Source: a bacterium (GTDB lineage Bacteria; UBA8248). Taken from it: a stretch of DNA of 64,000 bases. A program made the translations under genes and the position numbers. Within the stretch, counting starts at the first letter, position 1, and every line of letters starts with the position of its first letter. This document shows, in pieces, positions 17,342 through 27,773 of this stretch. The stretch lies in contig CBDATS010000004.1 of assembly GCA_965200245.1 (NCBI GenBank), positions 1,152,001 through 1,216,000 of the forward strand, given 5' to 3'. A model generated the notes under the pieces. The model did no database searches. It was not told where the DNA came from and saw nothing but the letters and a program-made list of their open reading frames with translations.

Positions 17342-18655
17342 TTATTCGTTCAGGGGAAGCGGCCTGTGGAGGAATGTTCGCGCGTCTGCCCCCTCGTAGT
17401 CCGAAACCAGGTGACCGTTCCCTTCGAGCTGGTACTTGTACGTCACCAGACCTTCGAGACCCACCGGGCCTCGGGCGTGAATCTTGTCGGTGGCGATCCC
17501 TACCTCGGCGCCGAAACCATAGCGAAAACCGTCCGCCAGGCGTGTGGACGCGTTCCACATGACGCTTGCGGCATCGACTCTGGAAAGAAAGGTCCGCGCC
17601 GCCGACTCATCGGAGGTGACGATGGCGTCGGTGTGACGCGAGCCGTAGCGGTTGATGTGATCGACAGCCTCGGCGAGTGATTCCACTACCCGGACGGAGA
17701 GGATGAGATCGAGATATTCCGTTTTCCAGTCCTCTTCCGAAGCAGGGCCCGCACCCGCCAGAATTGCCCGTGTGGCATCGCAGCCCCGGATGGCGACTCC
17801 TTTTTCCGCCAGCACCCCGGCCGCACGGGGAAGGAATTCGTCCGCTTTCCTCTCGTGCACCAAGAGAGTCTCTATTGCGTTACAGACGGCGGGATACTGC
17901 GTCTTGGCGTCGAACGCAATACGCACGGCCATATCGATGTCCGCCGCCTCGTCCACGTAGAGATGACAGATGCCGTCCGCGTGGCCGAGCACTGGAATAT
18001 TCGAGTGCTCCTTGATATGGCGGACGAATTCGTTGCTCCCGCGCGGTATGAGCAGATCGATCGCATCGTCGCGGGACAGAAGCGCCTGCACATCCTCTCG
18101 CGCCTCGACGAGTTGGAGCGCATCGCCTGGAATCTCTCCCGCCGATGAAGCGGCGGCCCTCAGCAGTCCTGATACGAGGCGGTTCGTGCGCGCGGCCTCG
18201 CGGCCACCCTTCAGGATGGCGGCGTTGCCCGATTTCAGGCAAAGCGAGGCAATCTGTACGAGCGCGTCGGGGCGGGATTCGAAAACGGCGGCGATGACAC
18301 CCAGAGGACATGTGACTCGCCTGAGGGTCAACTCCTCGTCGAGCAGTGTAGCCATGCGCGCCACGCCCAGAGGATCGGGCAAGGCGGCCACCGCGCGCAC
18401 ACCCTCGGCCATCTGCGCGATTTTGCGCTCGCTGAGTTCCAGACGCCTGACCAAGGGCTCGGACATCTCCCCGCTCGCGACGAGCAGTTCCGCCGCCGCC
18501 ACGTCTTCCGCATTCGCTTCGAGAATTGTTCCTGAGTTTTCGTCAATCGCGTCCGCCATGGCGGCCAGGGCGCGATTCCGCGCCTCGTTCGAAAGAGGGG
18601 CAAGCGCAAGGGCCGCGCTTCTCGCCGCAAGGCATATGGCGTCGATGTCGCTCAA
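17342..18655 (-). CDS. proA: Gamma-glutamyl phosphate reductase
   Basis: FESRP, KSGNAAILKGG, CNAIETLL, NASTRLADG and KIHARGPVGL. Confidence 0.97.
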   Translation of the reverse strand: MSDIDAICLAARSAALALAPLSNEARNRALAAMADAIDENSGTILEANAEDVAAAELLVASGEMSEPLVRRLELSERKIAQMAEGVRAVAALPDPLGVARMATLLDEELTLRRVTCPLGVIAAVFESRPDALVQIASLCLKSGNAAILKGGREAARTNRLVSGLLRAAASSAGEIPGDALQLVEAREDVQALLSRDDAIDLLIPRGSNEFVRHIKEHSNIPVLGHADGICHLYVDEAADIDMAVRIAFDAKTQYPAVCNAIETLLVHERKADEFLPRAAGVLAEKGVAIRGCDATRAILAGAGPASEEDWKTEYLDLILSVRVVESLAEAVDHINRYGSRHTDAIVTSDESAARTFLSRVDAASVMWNASTRLADGFRYGFGAEVGIATDKIHARGPVGLEGLVTYKYQLEGNGHLVSDYEGADARTFLHRPLPLNE

Positions 18656-18728
18656 AACGAGTCTCCCTTTTCCCTTCTGAAAACCAGCGGTGGATTATAG
18701 GCCGGAGCGAAGTGACCGGCAAACCGAT

Positions 18729-19625
18729 TCACTCATTTTTCCTCTTCCAGTCTTTGTGGCATCGCTCGACGTACTCGACGATAACGGGCGCGACCGCAGG
18801 GCCCCCTGCGCGTTCCACGCCCTCGAAACCGGGAGCCGCGTTCACTTCCAGAACCAGAGGGCCCCTTTGTGTCTCCAGCAAATCCACGCCTGCGATTTCA
18901 AGACCACACAGCCTGGCAGCACTTATCGCGAGTCCTGCGGCTCTTTTGGTGGGGGTGGTTTTCTTCACGATACCTCCTTGATGCAGGTTTGTGCGAAACC
19001 CATCTCCAGAGGCACGTCTCCTGACGGCGGCGGCGACCTCACCGCCTACGACGATGATTCGCAAATCCCCCTGCCTGGCGTCTTCCACATATTCCTGGAC
19101 GATGGCATCGCGCTGCAGGTTCCACATCACGTCCGAGATGGCCTGGGCCTCTTCGGCGTCGTGGGCGCGCATGACACCCTTGCCCTGCGTGCCGCGAGGC
19201 AGCTTCATGACGACGGGCGCACCGCCCACGCTCTCAAGTGCCGCCCGCAGATACGCCGGATCGGGTGCGAATGCCGTCTTCGGCACGGGCAGGCCGTTTC
19301 GCGCCAGAAGCTGAAGTGTACGCAGCTTGTCGCGCGCCGTTTCTATTGCTCGTGTACCATTGATGACCAGTGCGCCTGTGGCTTCCAGGTGACGGATAAG
19401 AGCCAGAGAATGTTCGGATATGTTCGCTCCCAGGCGCGGTAGAAATACGTCCGCCCCCGAAAAGGGTTTTCCCCAAAATTCGAGGGACATCTCTCCCGTA
19501 CTCAGCTTGAGCAAAAAGCGGTATGGGTCCAGCACACGCACGCGGTGTTTCCTGCGCCTCGCGTACTCTGCAATTCTCCGCACGCCGTGCAGCGTCCTGT
19601 CGCGACACAGGATTCCGATCCTCAC
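18729..19625 (-). CDS. rimK: RimK-family ATP-grasp alpha-L-glutamate ligase
   Basis: RDKLRTLQLL, GTQGKGV, DLRIIVVG, FRTNLHQGG and EVNAAPGFEG. AAGGAG RBS before GTG 19625. Confidence 0.88.
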   Translation of the reverse strand: MRIGILCRDRTLHGVRRIAEYARRRKHRVRVLDPYRFLLKLSTGEMSLEFWGKPFSGADVFLPRLGANISEHSLALIRHLEATGALVINGTRAIETARDKLRTLQLLARNGLPVPKTAFAPDPAYLRAALESVGGAPVVMKLPRGTQGKGVMRAHDAEEAQAISDVMWNLQRDAIVQEYVEDARQGDLRIIVVGGEVAAAVRRRASGDGFRTNLHQGGIVKKTTPTKRAAGLAISAARLCGLEIAGVDLLETQRGPLVLEVNAAPGFEGVERAGGPAVAPVIVEYVERCHKDWKRKNE

Positions 19626-19660
19626 ACCTCTCTCCTTACACAGAACATGAACGAGGCGAA

Positions 19661-19689
19661 ATTCTACCATCCGTACGGTGGCTTCGGAA
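19661..19689 (-). promoter_or_regulatory. Candidate sigma-70 promoter of rimK-proA
   Basis: TTCCGA-N17-TAGAAT with extended TG. Confidence 0.5.
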
Positions 19690-19699
19690 TGACTCGAAA

Positions 19700-19940
19700 G
19701 GTTTGCAGTGGGGATTCCCCTCCCGGCGGCTCCTTGCCGGACAGCGTGAGCCGCCAGGGGGGAGGTATGTGGGGCGCAGCCCAATGGTTGGGCCACGGCA
19801 GGATTTTCTATGCGGCTCCCTGGAGAGCCTCTTTTCGGCTTCGTCAATCCCTGCATCAGCAGGACGTGGACATTTACTCCCTTCCCTGAGACGCGGCGCG
19901 ATGTTTGCGAACCCGAACCGCAGTGCCCGGGAAACTACCA
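19700..19940 (-). ncRNA. Putative sigma-54-dependent structured small RNA with ANGGA repeats (may carry a micro-ORF)
   Basis: Starts right after a consensus -24/-12 promoter, has several hairpins and five ANGGA motifs, and contains no credible long ORF. Confidence 0.45.
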
Positions 19941-19950
19941 TTTGAATTTA

Positions 19951-19967
19951 AGCAAAATGCGTGCCAA
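19951..19967 (-). promoter_or_regulatory. Sigma-54 (RpoN) -24/-12 promoter
   Basis: TTGGCACGCATTTTGCT matches TGGCACG-N4-TTGCW with exact GG-N10-GC spacing. Confidence 0.8.
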
Positions 19968-20055
19968 ATCCAGAAATTTCCAGGAAACATCTAACTTACA
20001 AGGGTTTATCGCAGGACACCGCTTGCAGAGGCGATACAAAACGTGACACATGGAT

Positions 20056-20078
20056 ACGATATATCGTTATTATACGAT
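20056..20078. promoter_or_regulatory. Palindromic protein-binding site, candidate enhancer
   Basis: Perfect 12-bp palindrome ACGATATATCGT plus an extra ATACGAT half-site, about 120 bp upstream of the predicted sigma-54 start. Confidence 0.5.
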
Positions 20079-20563
20079 TTTTCACATATTTCATCTTGCT
20101 TCAAGCCTATGGAAACAGAAAACCGTTGTGAACAGCGACTGTGGGGCGGAGGCATTCGCACGGAAGGTCCAACCCCGGTGCGGTTCGAGACATCCGGGAC
20201 AGGAGGCGAGCCTTGCGCAATTCGCCAACACAAGAAAAAACGGCAGATTGGGGAGGTCGCAGACAGGAATCTTCGCCGTGAGGGTCATCTCCGGAAATGC
20301 CACCTCTTGGATCCTTTTCCCGTGCCACCGGTTTCAGTCAGAAACTACCTGCCCATACAGGAAAAGCGCCTGCCAAAACAGAAAAAACGAGGCAACCCCA
20401 TGAATTCAGGGATACATATAGGGATTGGCCTCTGAAAATACGAACGGGAGAGACCAAAAATGACGATTTTTCATAGTCATGACGCCCGGCGTTGACATTT
20501 TGTCCTGTTTACCCAAAACGGCGAAGGAGAAATTGCTCTCCTGAACTTGCCCAAACGCCTCTT

Positions 20564-21235
20564 TCAGGATCTGAAGGTCCGTTCTCCGTCCTTCAGGCGG
20601 TTGAAGAAATATCCCGCGCAAAGACCCAGAACCACCCAAAAGGCAACGGAAGAAGCGAGCGCGGTGAAGATGAAGTTCCTGAGCAGCGCCTGGGGAACCG
20701 GCCCCCCGGTAGACTCCGGGTGCGGGACGCCGATTGCGTGCGGCAAGACAATCAGGACGACCCCCAGTCCCTTGAAGGCCGCACCCTGCTTGAATGCGAG
20801 AAGGACGAGGCCCGCCGCCGTGACCACGACGGTAACAACCCACCAAAGCTGCCTGTGTGGCAAGGGGGCCGCCTCAACGCCGGGGAGTTCCGGCGGCAGA
20901 CCCAACGAGGGCGCGAGCGAGAAGACGATGAATCCGCCCAGTCCCCAAAGGATTCCCCGCCGCCAGTCCACCTTTCCATGAAGGGCGAAGCAGCCGACGA
21001 GCAAGAGCGCGAAACCCACTGCAGAGACGATGTTCGAGACCAGGGTGAGCGCCAGGCGCGAAGTATCCCCCTCCCCGTCCGTGTCATCTTCATGTGTTTT
21101 GGGGAGGGGAGTTCGCTGCTCGTATCTTTCGGCCTCGTATATCAGGGGGATAAGATGTACCGACTGCACCGCGGTGGCGAAAAGCCCCGCAATGACTCCC
21201 GATATGACAGCCGAGAAAAAGATTCTCTGGAACAT
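20564..21235 (-). CDS. cbtA: CbtA-family putative cobalt transporter subunit
   Basis: PLIYEAERYE, LAPSLGLPPELPG, RQLWW and PHAIGVP. Confidence 0.9.
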   Translation of the reverse strand: MFQRIFFSAVISGVIAGLFATAVQSVHLIPLIYEAERYEQRTPLPKTHEDDTDGEGDTSRLALTLVSNIVSAVGFALLLVGCFALHGKVDWRRGILWGLGGFIVFSLAPSLGLPPELPGVEAAPLPHRQLWWVVTVVVTAAGLVLLAFKQGAAFKGLGVVLIVLPHAIGVPHPESTGGPVPQALLRNFIFTALASSVAFWVVLGLCAGYFFNRLKDGERTFRS

Positions 21236-21258
21236 CGCAGGTGCCCGGACCTCGCCCG

Positions 21259-21642
21259 CTACTTCATCTCCATGAGTTCGACAACGACGCCATCAGGACC
21301 TTCCACGTAGGCGAAGTAGAGTTCATCTGCCTCGCCCTCGGCGATAACATTCCCGCCCCTGGATCGAACCTCGGCAACCGCATCGGCGAGTTTGCCTTCC
21401 ACGCAGAATGCGTAGTGATCGATACTGTAGCGTGGCCAGCCACCCGGCCCCGGAGCGAGTTCCTCCCCGTCGCGCTTGCCGCGAATGATGATGCTCACCC
21501 CGTGCACATCAAGGTAGACCTGCGGCGCCCCGCCGCGATCGATGCGGTTCGTCTCGCTCGCTCCGAACACGTCCGCATAGAAGGAAACCGCCTCGTCCAC
21601 GTCGGTGTGAACGCAATGGATGTGATCGTACGTCAACTTCAT
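21259..21642 (-). CDS. VOC/glyoxalase family protein
   Basis: YDHIH, FYADVFG, IDHYAFCV and GPDGVVVELME. Confidence 0.88.
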   Translation of the reverse strand: MKLTYDHIHCVHTDVDEAVSFYADVFGASETNRIDRGGAPQVYLDVHGVSIIIRGKRDGEELAPGPGGWPRYSIDHYAFCVEGKLADAVAEVRSRGGNVIAEGEADELYFAYVEGPDGVVVELMEMK

Positions 21643-21691
21643 CGCTTTCTCCTGTCGAGTATGGATTGAAAAATCCGTTTGGCCATTTGCC

Positions 21692-22129
21692 TCAAGCTGC
21701 CGGGTCCACCCAGTTGAGTTCGAGCAGGTTGCCGTCGGGATCCTTGAAGAATACCGTCTTTCTCTCAGGCACGCGGGACAAAATGTCAGACAGCAGTTCC
21801 ACACCCGCATCGCGCAGGTGTGCGACGGCCGCCTCCATGTCCTTCACCCAGAAGGTGAGATATCGAAACCCGGCCGCCGAATCCGCGAGCGCGTCAACGG
21901 AGCCAGGCGCATAGGCGAATTCAAGTAACTTGATGAGAACCTCGCCCGATTTCAGGGCGTGGAGCTTCACGCCGTCGGTGGCGAAGCCCGCCGCGCGCAC
22001 GAAATCGGCCGGCACCTCGATGACCGCCGCCTCCTCGAGCCTCAGCACCTCGGTGTAGAATTTCTTCATTGCGGCGATATTTCTCGTCGCAAGCCCCACG
22101 TCCACGCCGCCGCGCGTAGTCTCGAACAT
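21692..22129 (-). CDS. VOC/glyoxalase family protein
   Basis: KFYTEVL, GFRYLTFWVKD and FKDPDGNLLEL. Confidence 0.88.
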   Translation of the reverse strand: MFETTRGGVDVGLATRNIAAMKKFYTEVLRLEEAAVIEVPADFVRAAGFATDGVKLHALKSGEVLIKLLEFAYAPGSVDALADSAAGFRYLTFWVKDMEAAVAHLRDAGVELLSDILSRVPERKTVFFKDPDGNLLELNWVDPAA

Positions 22130-22334
22130 TTCTGCCTCCTCACGGGCGCAAGCCGAAAAGGAACCGGCACCTTCAAACGGATTGCGCGAAAAGAGCAATG
22201 AAGATACATTATTTTCCCATAAAGAGTAAATCTGCCGGAAAGCCTGCGCCGTTTGAGCATGAACAGACCCCTGAGCGGTTTCGTACAGCGACGGGGGTTC
22301 AGGAACCGACGGTGCCAGGAGAACGGAACCAGGT

Positions 22335-22811
22335 ATGCGCAAGGCCGATCTGATAACGGGCGTCGCCTTTCTCGTGTTCACTATCGTCGCATTCGCGTAC
22401 CTCATTCCGTATCAAATCGTCTCCTCCATCCCCATCGACGAATCGACACCCGCCGTGTTGCGGCCCGAGTTCTTTCCGCAGCTCACCATGGTGCTCTTCG
22501 CCGTGACCTGCGTACTGATGATGGGCGCCGCGCTCAAGAACTTCTCGAACAAGAGGTTATGGGACGACGCGAAAGGTTCACTCACCCGGGTGTTTTCCGT
22601 CCTCGCCCTCACGTTCCTGTACGTACAGGCGCTTGAACTCTTCGGATTCTCCTATACCTCGCCCATTTTCATGGCCGTCATCATCTGCATGCTCGGAATC
22701 AGGAACTGGCGACTGATCGTCTCGACCGCCATCTTCTTCCCGTTGTTCCTGACGTATTTCTTCTGGCACAGCTTCCAGGTCGTCCTGCCAGAGGGGAGCC
22801 TGTTCCCTTGA
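22335..22811 (+). CDS. tctB: Tripartite tricarboxylate transporter small subunit
   Basis: PEFFP and FQVVLPEG, overlaps tctA. Confidence 0.85.
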   Translation: MRKADLITGVAFLVFTIVAFAYLIPYQIVSSIPIDESTPAVLRPEFFPQLTMVLFAVTCVLMMGAALKNFSNKRLWDDAKGSLTRVFSVLALTFLYVQALELFGFSYTSPIFMAVIICMLGIRNWRLIVSTAIFFPLFLTYFFWHSFQVVLPEGSLFP

Positions 22812-24304
22812 TCGAACAAATCATCGAGGGCATCTCGATCGCGCTCACATTCGAGGCGCTGGGCATGGTGGCGATCGGCGTTTTCGCGGGCATTACCGTG
22901 GGAGCGATTCCCGGCCTCACCGGCGTGATGGCGACTGCGATTCTCGTGCCATTTTCCTTTTTCATGGCGCCCACGCTGGGCATCCCCTTCCTTCTGGGCG
23001 TTCACAAGGGCGCGCTCTTCGGCGGTTCGATTCCGGCGATCCTGGTGAACACGCCCGGTACGCCGCCCGCGGCGGCCACCTGTCTCGACGGATATCCGCT
23101 CGCCCGGAAGGGCGAGGCGAAAAGCGCGATCCAGATGGCACTCTACTCCTCCACCCTGGGCGATACGTTCAGCGACATCGCGCTCATCGTCGCGGCCATC
23201 CCGCTCGCAGCGCTGGCGCTCAAGTTCGGACCGGCGGATTTCTTCGGCCTGCTCGTCATGGGCCTCACCGTTATATCGAGCGTCACGGGCGCATCCGTTT
23301 CCAAGGGCATCCTCTCCGCCCTCATCGGGTTGATGTTCGGCCTGGTGGGGCTCGATGCCATCTCCGGAGCGGAACGTTTTACCTTCAGCCTGCCCACGCT
23401 CGAGGGCGGCATTGGTCTCGTTCCCCTGCTCATCGGCCTGTTCGCGGTGAGCGAGGTACTCATCCAGGTAGAGAAGAAGATATCGCAACTCGCCGAAAAA
23501 CCACCGACCTCACACCTAAGGGGCGGACGATCACTCAGGTTCGGGGAATTCACCGCCTCCGGCAGGACAATCTTCCGCTCTTCCATCATCGGCACCATCG
23601 TTGGCGCGATTCCGGGGACGGGCTCTTCCATCGCCACCTTTATCGGCTACGGCGCGGCGAAGCGGGCTTCGAAAAAACCCGAGGAATTCGGCCACGGCAG
23701 CTACGAGGGCGTGGCGGCGGCAGAGGCGGCCAACAGCGCCGTGGCGGGTGCGGACCTGATTCCCACTCTCACGCTGGGCATCCCCGGCGGCGGGACGGCA
23801 GCCATTTTGATGGGGGCGTTCATCGCGCAGGGACTTCGGCCGGGACCCTCGCTGTTCGAGGAAAACGCCACCACGATGTACGCCATATTCGCCCTGCTCC
23901 TGATCGGGAACCCGATCATGCTCATCCAGGGCTGGCTGCTCACGGGCATATTCGCCTGGGTGGTCACCATCCGGCAGTCGCTGCTGCTGCCCTGCATCAT
24001 CATGTTTTGCGTAGTGGGGGGCTACATCTTCCAGAACAACCTGGGCGACGTGGAACTATCCCTCATCGCGGGTGTGTTCGGCTATCTTCTCAGGAAGATG
24101 AACTACCCGCTTGCGCCGCTGGTCATCGCCTACATCATCACGCCGATGGCGGAGCGTTCCTTCAAACAGGCCCTCTTGCTCTCGCAAGGCGATTACTCTG
24201 TGTTCTTCACGCGTCCGATTTCGCTGTTCTTCATGGTTTTGGCTGCACTGATTCTTTTCATGAGCATCTGGAAGCGGCCCTGGGCGACGCCCGGGGGTGA
24301 ATAG
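22808..24304 (+). CDS. tctA: Tripartite tricarboxylate transporter permease
   Basis: VGAIPGL, GGSIPAILVNTPGTP, EAANSA and PTLTLGIPG. Confidence 0.95.
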   Translation: MIEQIIEGISIALTFEALGMVAIGVFAGITVGAIPGLTGVMATAILVPFSFFMAPTLGIPFLLGVHKGALFGGSIPAILVNTPGTPPAAATCLDGYPLARKGEAKSAIQMALYSSTLGDTFSDIALIVAAIPLAALALKFGPADFFGLLVMGLTVISSVTGASVSKGILSALIGLMFGLVGLDAISGAERFTFSLPTLEGGIGLVPLLIGLFAVSEVLIQVEKKISQLAEKPPTSHLRGGRSLRFGEFTASGRTIFRSSIIGTIVGAIPGTGSSIATFIGYGAAKRASKKPEEFGHGSYEGVAAAEAANSAVAGADLIPTLTLGIPGGGTAAILMGAFIAQGLRPGPSLFEENATTMYAIFALLLIGNPIMLIQGWLLTGIFAWVVTIRQSLLLPCIIMFCVVGGYIFQNNLGDVELSLIAGVFGYLLRKMNYPLAPLVIAYIITPMAERSFKQALLLSQGDYSVFFTRPISLFFMVLAALILFMSIWKRPWATPGGE

Positions 24305-24330
24305 ATGCCTACCCCAAAAGGAGACCGGAC

Positions 24331-25326
24331 ATGAAAATCACGAAGATGCTCCCGGCAGGACTCGCGCTTGCGCTCGCACTCGCACTCGTTTTCCTGACGT
24401 GCGTGGCGCCTGCCGACGCCGCCAGAAAGTTTCCGTGGAAACCCATCCGCGTCATCGTGGCCCTGGGCGCGGGCGGTTCGCACGACATGAATTCCCGCGC
24501 AGTGGCGAGCGTGGCCAACGATTACTTCGGCCAGCCGATGATCGTGCAACTCATGCCGGGCGGCGGCGGAAAAATCGGGATGACGGCACTGAAGCGCGCG
24601 AAACCCGACGGCCACACCATCATGCTGGCTTCCGCCTCCCATCTCACCATCGGCCCGCACGTGCGCAACATGGGCTATGACCCGCTCAAGGACTTCGTGC
24701 CCATTTTCATGATCAACAAGGCAGACTACATGATGGTCTCCCCGGCATCGAAGCCCTGGAAGAATTTCAAGGAATTCGCCGCGGCGGCCAGGAAAAATCC
24801 CGGGAAGGTGAGCTACGGATCCTCGGGCATCTACGGCACGGGGCATCTGATGATCCTCAAGATCATGGCGGATACGGGCATCAAGCTGAACCACATTCCC
24901 TTCAAGGGCGGTGGCCCCGCCTTCCGCGCCATGCTCGGCGGCCACGTGGACAGTGCGGGCGCGCTTCCGGCCACGGGCGGCACACTGGGACGTTACAGGC
25001 GCGGACAATTGAACATCCTGGGCGTCTGCTCGGAGAAGCGGGTGAAACTGTTTCCAAAGGTTCCGACCATGAAGGAGAACGGTGTGGACTTCCTGCTGGC
25101 GTCGAAGCGCTTCTACATCGGACCGAAGGGAATCCCGCAGGATCGCATCGATTTTCTCGTGGAAGGCTTCAAGAAACTGCTGAAAAACAAGTCCTACCGC
25201 AGACTCATCAGCAAAATGGGCGAGACGCCCACACCGCTTTACGGTGATGCGCTCAAAAAGGACATCGCGGATGAGTATGAACGTTTCGGAAAGATTTTCG
25301 CCAGCATCGGCGTAAAGAAGAAATAA
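24331..25326 (+). CDS. tctC: Tripartite tricarboxylate transporter substrate-binding protein (Bug family)
   Basis: Signal peptide, FPWKPIRVIV, AGGSHD, PDGHT and IPFKGGG. Confidence 0.93.
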   Translation: MKITKMLPAGLALALALALVFLTCVAPADAARKFPWKPIRVIVALGAGGSHDMNSRAVASVANDYFGQPMIVQLMPGGGGKIGMTALKRAKPDGHTIMLASASHLTIGPHVRNMGYDPLKDFVPIFMINKADYMMVSPASKPWKNFKEFAAAARKNPGKVSYGSSGIYGTGHLMILKIMADTGIKLNHIPFKGGGPAFRAMLGGHVDSAGALPATGGTLGRYRRGQLNILGVCSEKRVKLFPKVPTMKENGVDFLLASKRFYIGPKGIPQDRIDFLVEGFKKLLKNKSYRRLISKMGETPTPLYGDALKKDIADEYERFGKIFASIGVKKK

Positions 25327-25364
25327 GGATTCGCGCAAATACCCGGCGGTTTCACCTTGACGCT

Positions 25365-26096
25365 TCAGGATTCCGCAACCGGCGGCCAGATGCGTTTTCC
25401 CGTGCTCGGCGAGCCGGGGGCATGTACGAGGCTGCCCACCATCTCGCGTGACCACGCTTCACTCTCCAGTTCCTTGTGGAAATAATGCTCGACGGACGTG
25501 TTCAGGTCGAACTCATAGAGCACGGCGTGCTTGGCCCATCCGTAGACAGAGACGAGTTTCCGCATTCCCACGCAACCCTCGAGAGTATTCATGCGGGGGA
25601 AGCGAAGCTGTACATACCATGCGCCCATGCGCTCCTCGTTTTCAAGCGCGTTGCTGTTGAAGCTGCCCATCTGGATTCTGGGACCCGGTGTGATGTCGGG
25701 GCCGCGCTGCGCGATTTCGGGGCCGTTGATCCGTCCTGTCTCCACGAAAACGCACTCGCGAACACCTGCGCGTATCCCCAGCATCTCACGCGTATCCGGC
25801 CCCCGGTCTTCTGCCAACTGCGCAGGTGAGGGATCCAGAAAGGTGTGGACGCTCTCCGCACCGAAGAGCATGAGATACCCGTTTCCGGTCGGAACGGCGG
25901 GATCGTCGGTATGGGTGAGGCGCCTGTTCACGTTTTGTTTCCGCTCCTCGCTCTTGTCGTTGTCGACATGGGCCGCCCACAGATAACCCGTGCGTTCGAG
26001 CATTTCGGGCAGATGTACCTCGTGCAGCCATGCGAGGTATTCTTTCGTACCGTCGGCGGGCAAGTCATACCATGTGGCCCAAATCGCCCTGTCCAT
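25365..26096 (-). CDS. Hypothetical protein with two EthD/DUF4286-like repeats
   Basis: Repeated pattern WLHEVHLPEMLERTGY and WYVQLRFPRMNTLEGC. AAGGAG RBS. Confidence 0.7.
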   Translation of the reverse strand: MDRAIWATWYDLPADGTKEYLAWLHEVHLPEMLERTGYLWAAHVDNDKSEERKQNVNRRLTHTDDPAVPTGNGYLMLFGAESVHTFLDPSPAQLAEDRGPDTREMLGIRAGVRECVFVETGRINGPEIAQRGPDITPGPRIQMGSFNSNALENEERMGAWYVQLRFPRMNTLEGCVGMRKLVSVYGWAKHAVLYEFDLNTSVEHYFHKELESEAWSREMVGSLVHAPGSPSTGKRIWPPVAES

Positions 26097-26116
26097 CGAA
26101 TTTCTCCTTATACGAT

Positions 26117-27679
<1,563 letters not shown>

Positions 27680-27773
27680 TTTTGATCCTCCTCGTCTCCA
27701 AATGGACAGAAAAGAAGGGTATCATATCCCAAAGGGATTTGAGGCTTTTAATTCGCCAGGAAAAGATCGCGCC

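Noticed and set aside
19660-19710. c-di-GMP-I riboswitch resemblance (GCAAACC..GAAGCCAC..GGTAG)
   Set aside because: The P2 stem cannot pair, the GNRA loop and GACGCAAAGC are missing, and the segment is better explained as the rimK promoter.
18729-19856. RimK as a graspetide (RiPP) synthetase, or with a 77-aa N-terminal extension
   Set aside because: The motifs are ordinary RimK and no repeat precursor is nearby. A strong RBS and promoter point to GTG 19625, and the extension is not protein-like.
20110-20460. Cobalamin riboswitch or ORFs downstream of cbtA
   Set aside because: This is the wrong side of cbtA, there is no B12 box, and the ORFs lack RBS and coding character.
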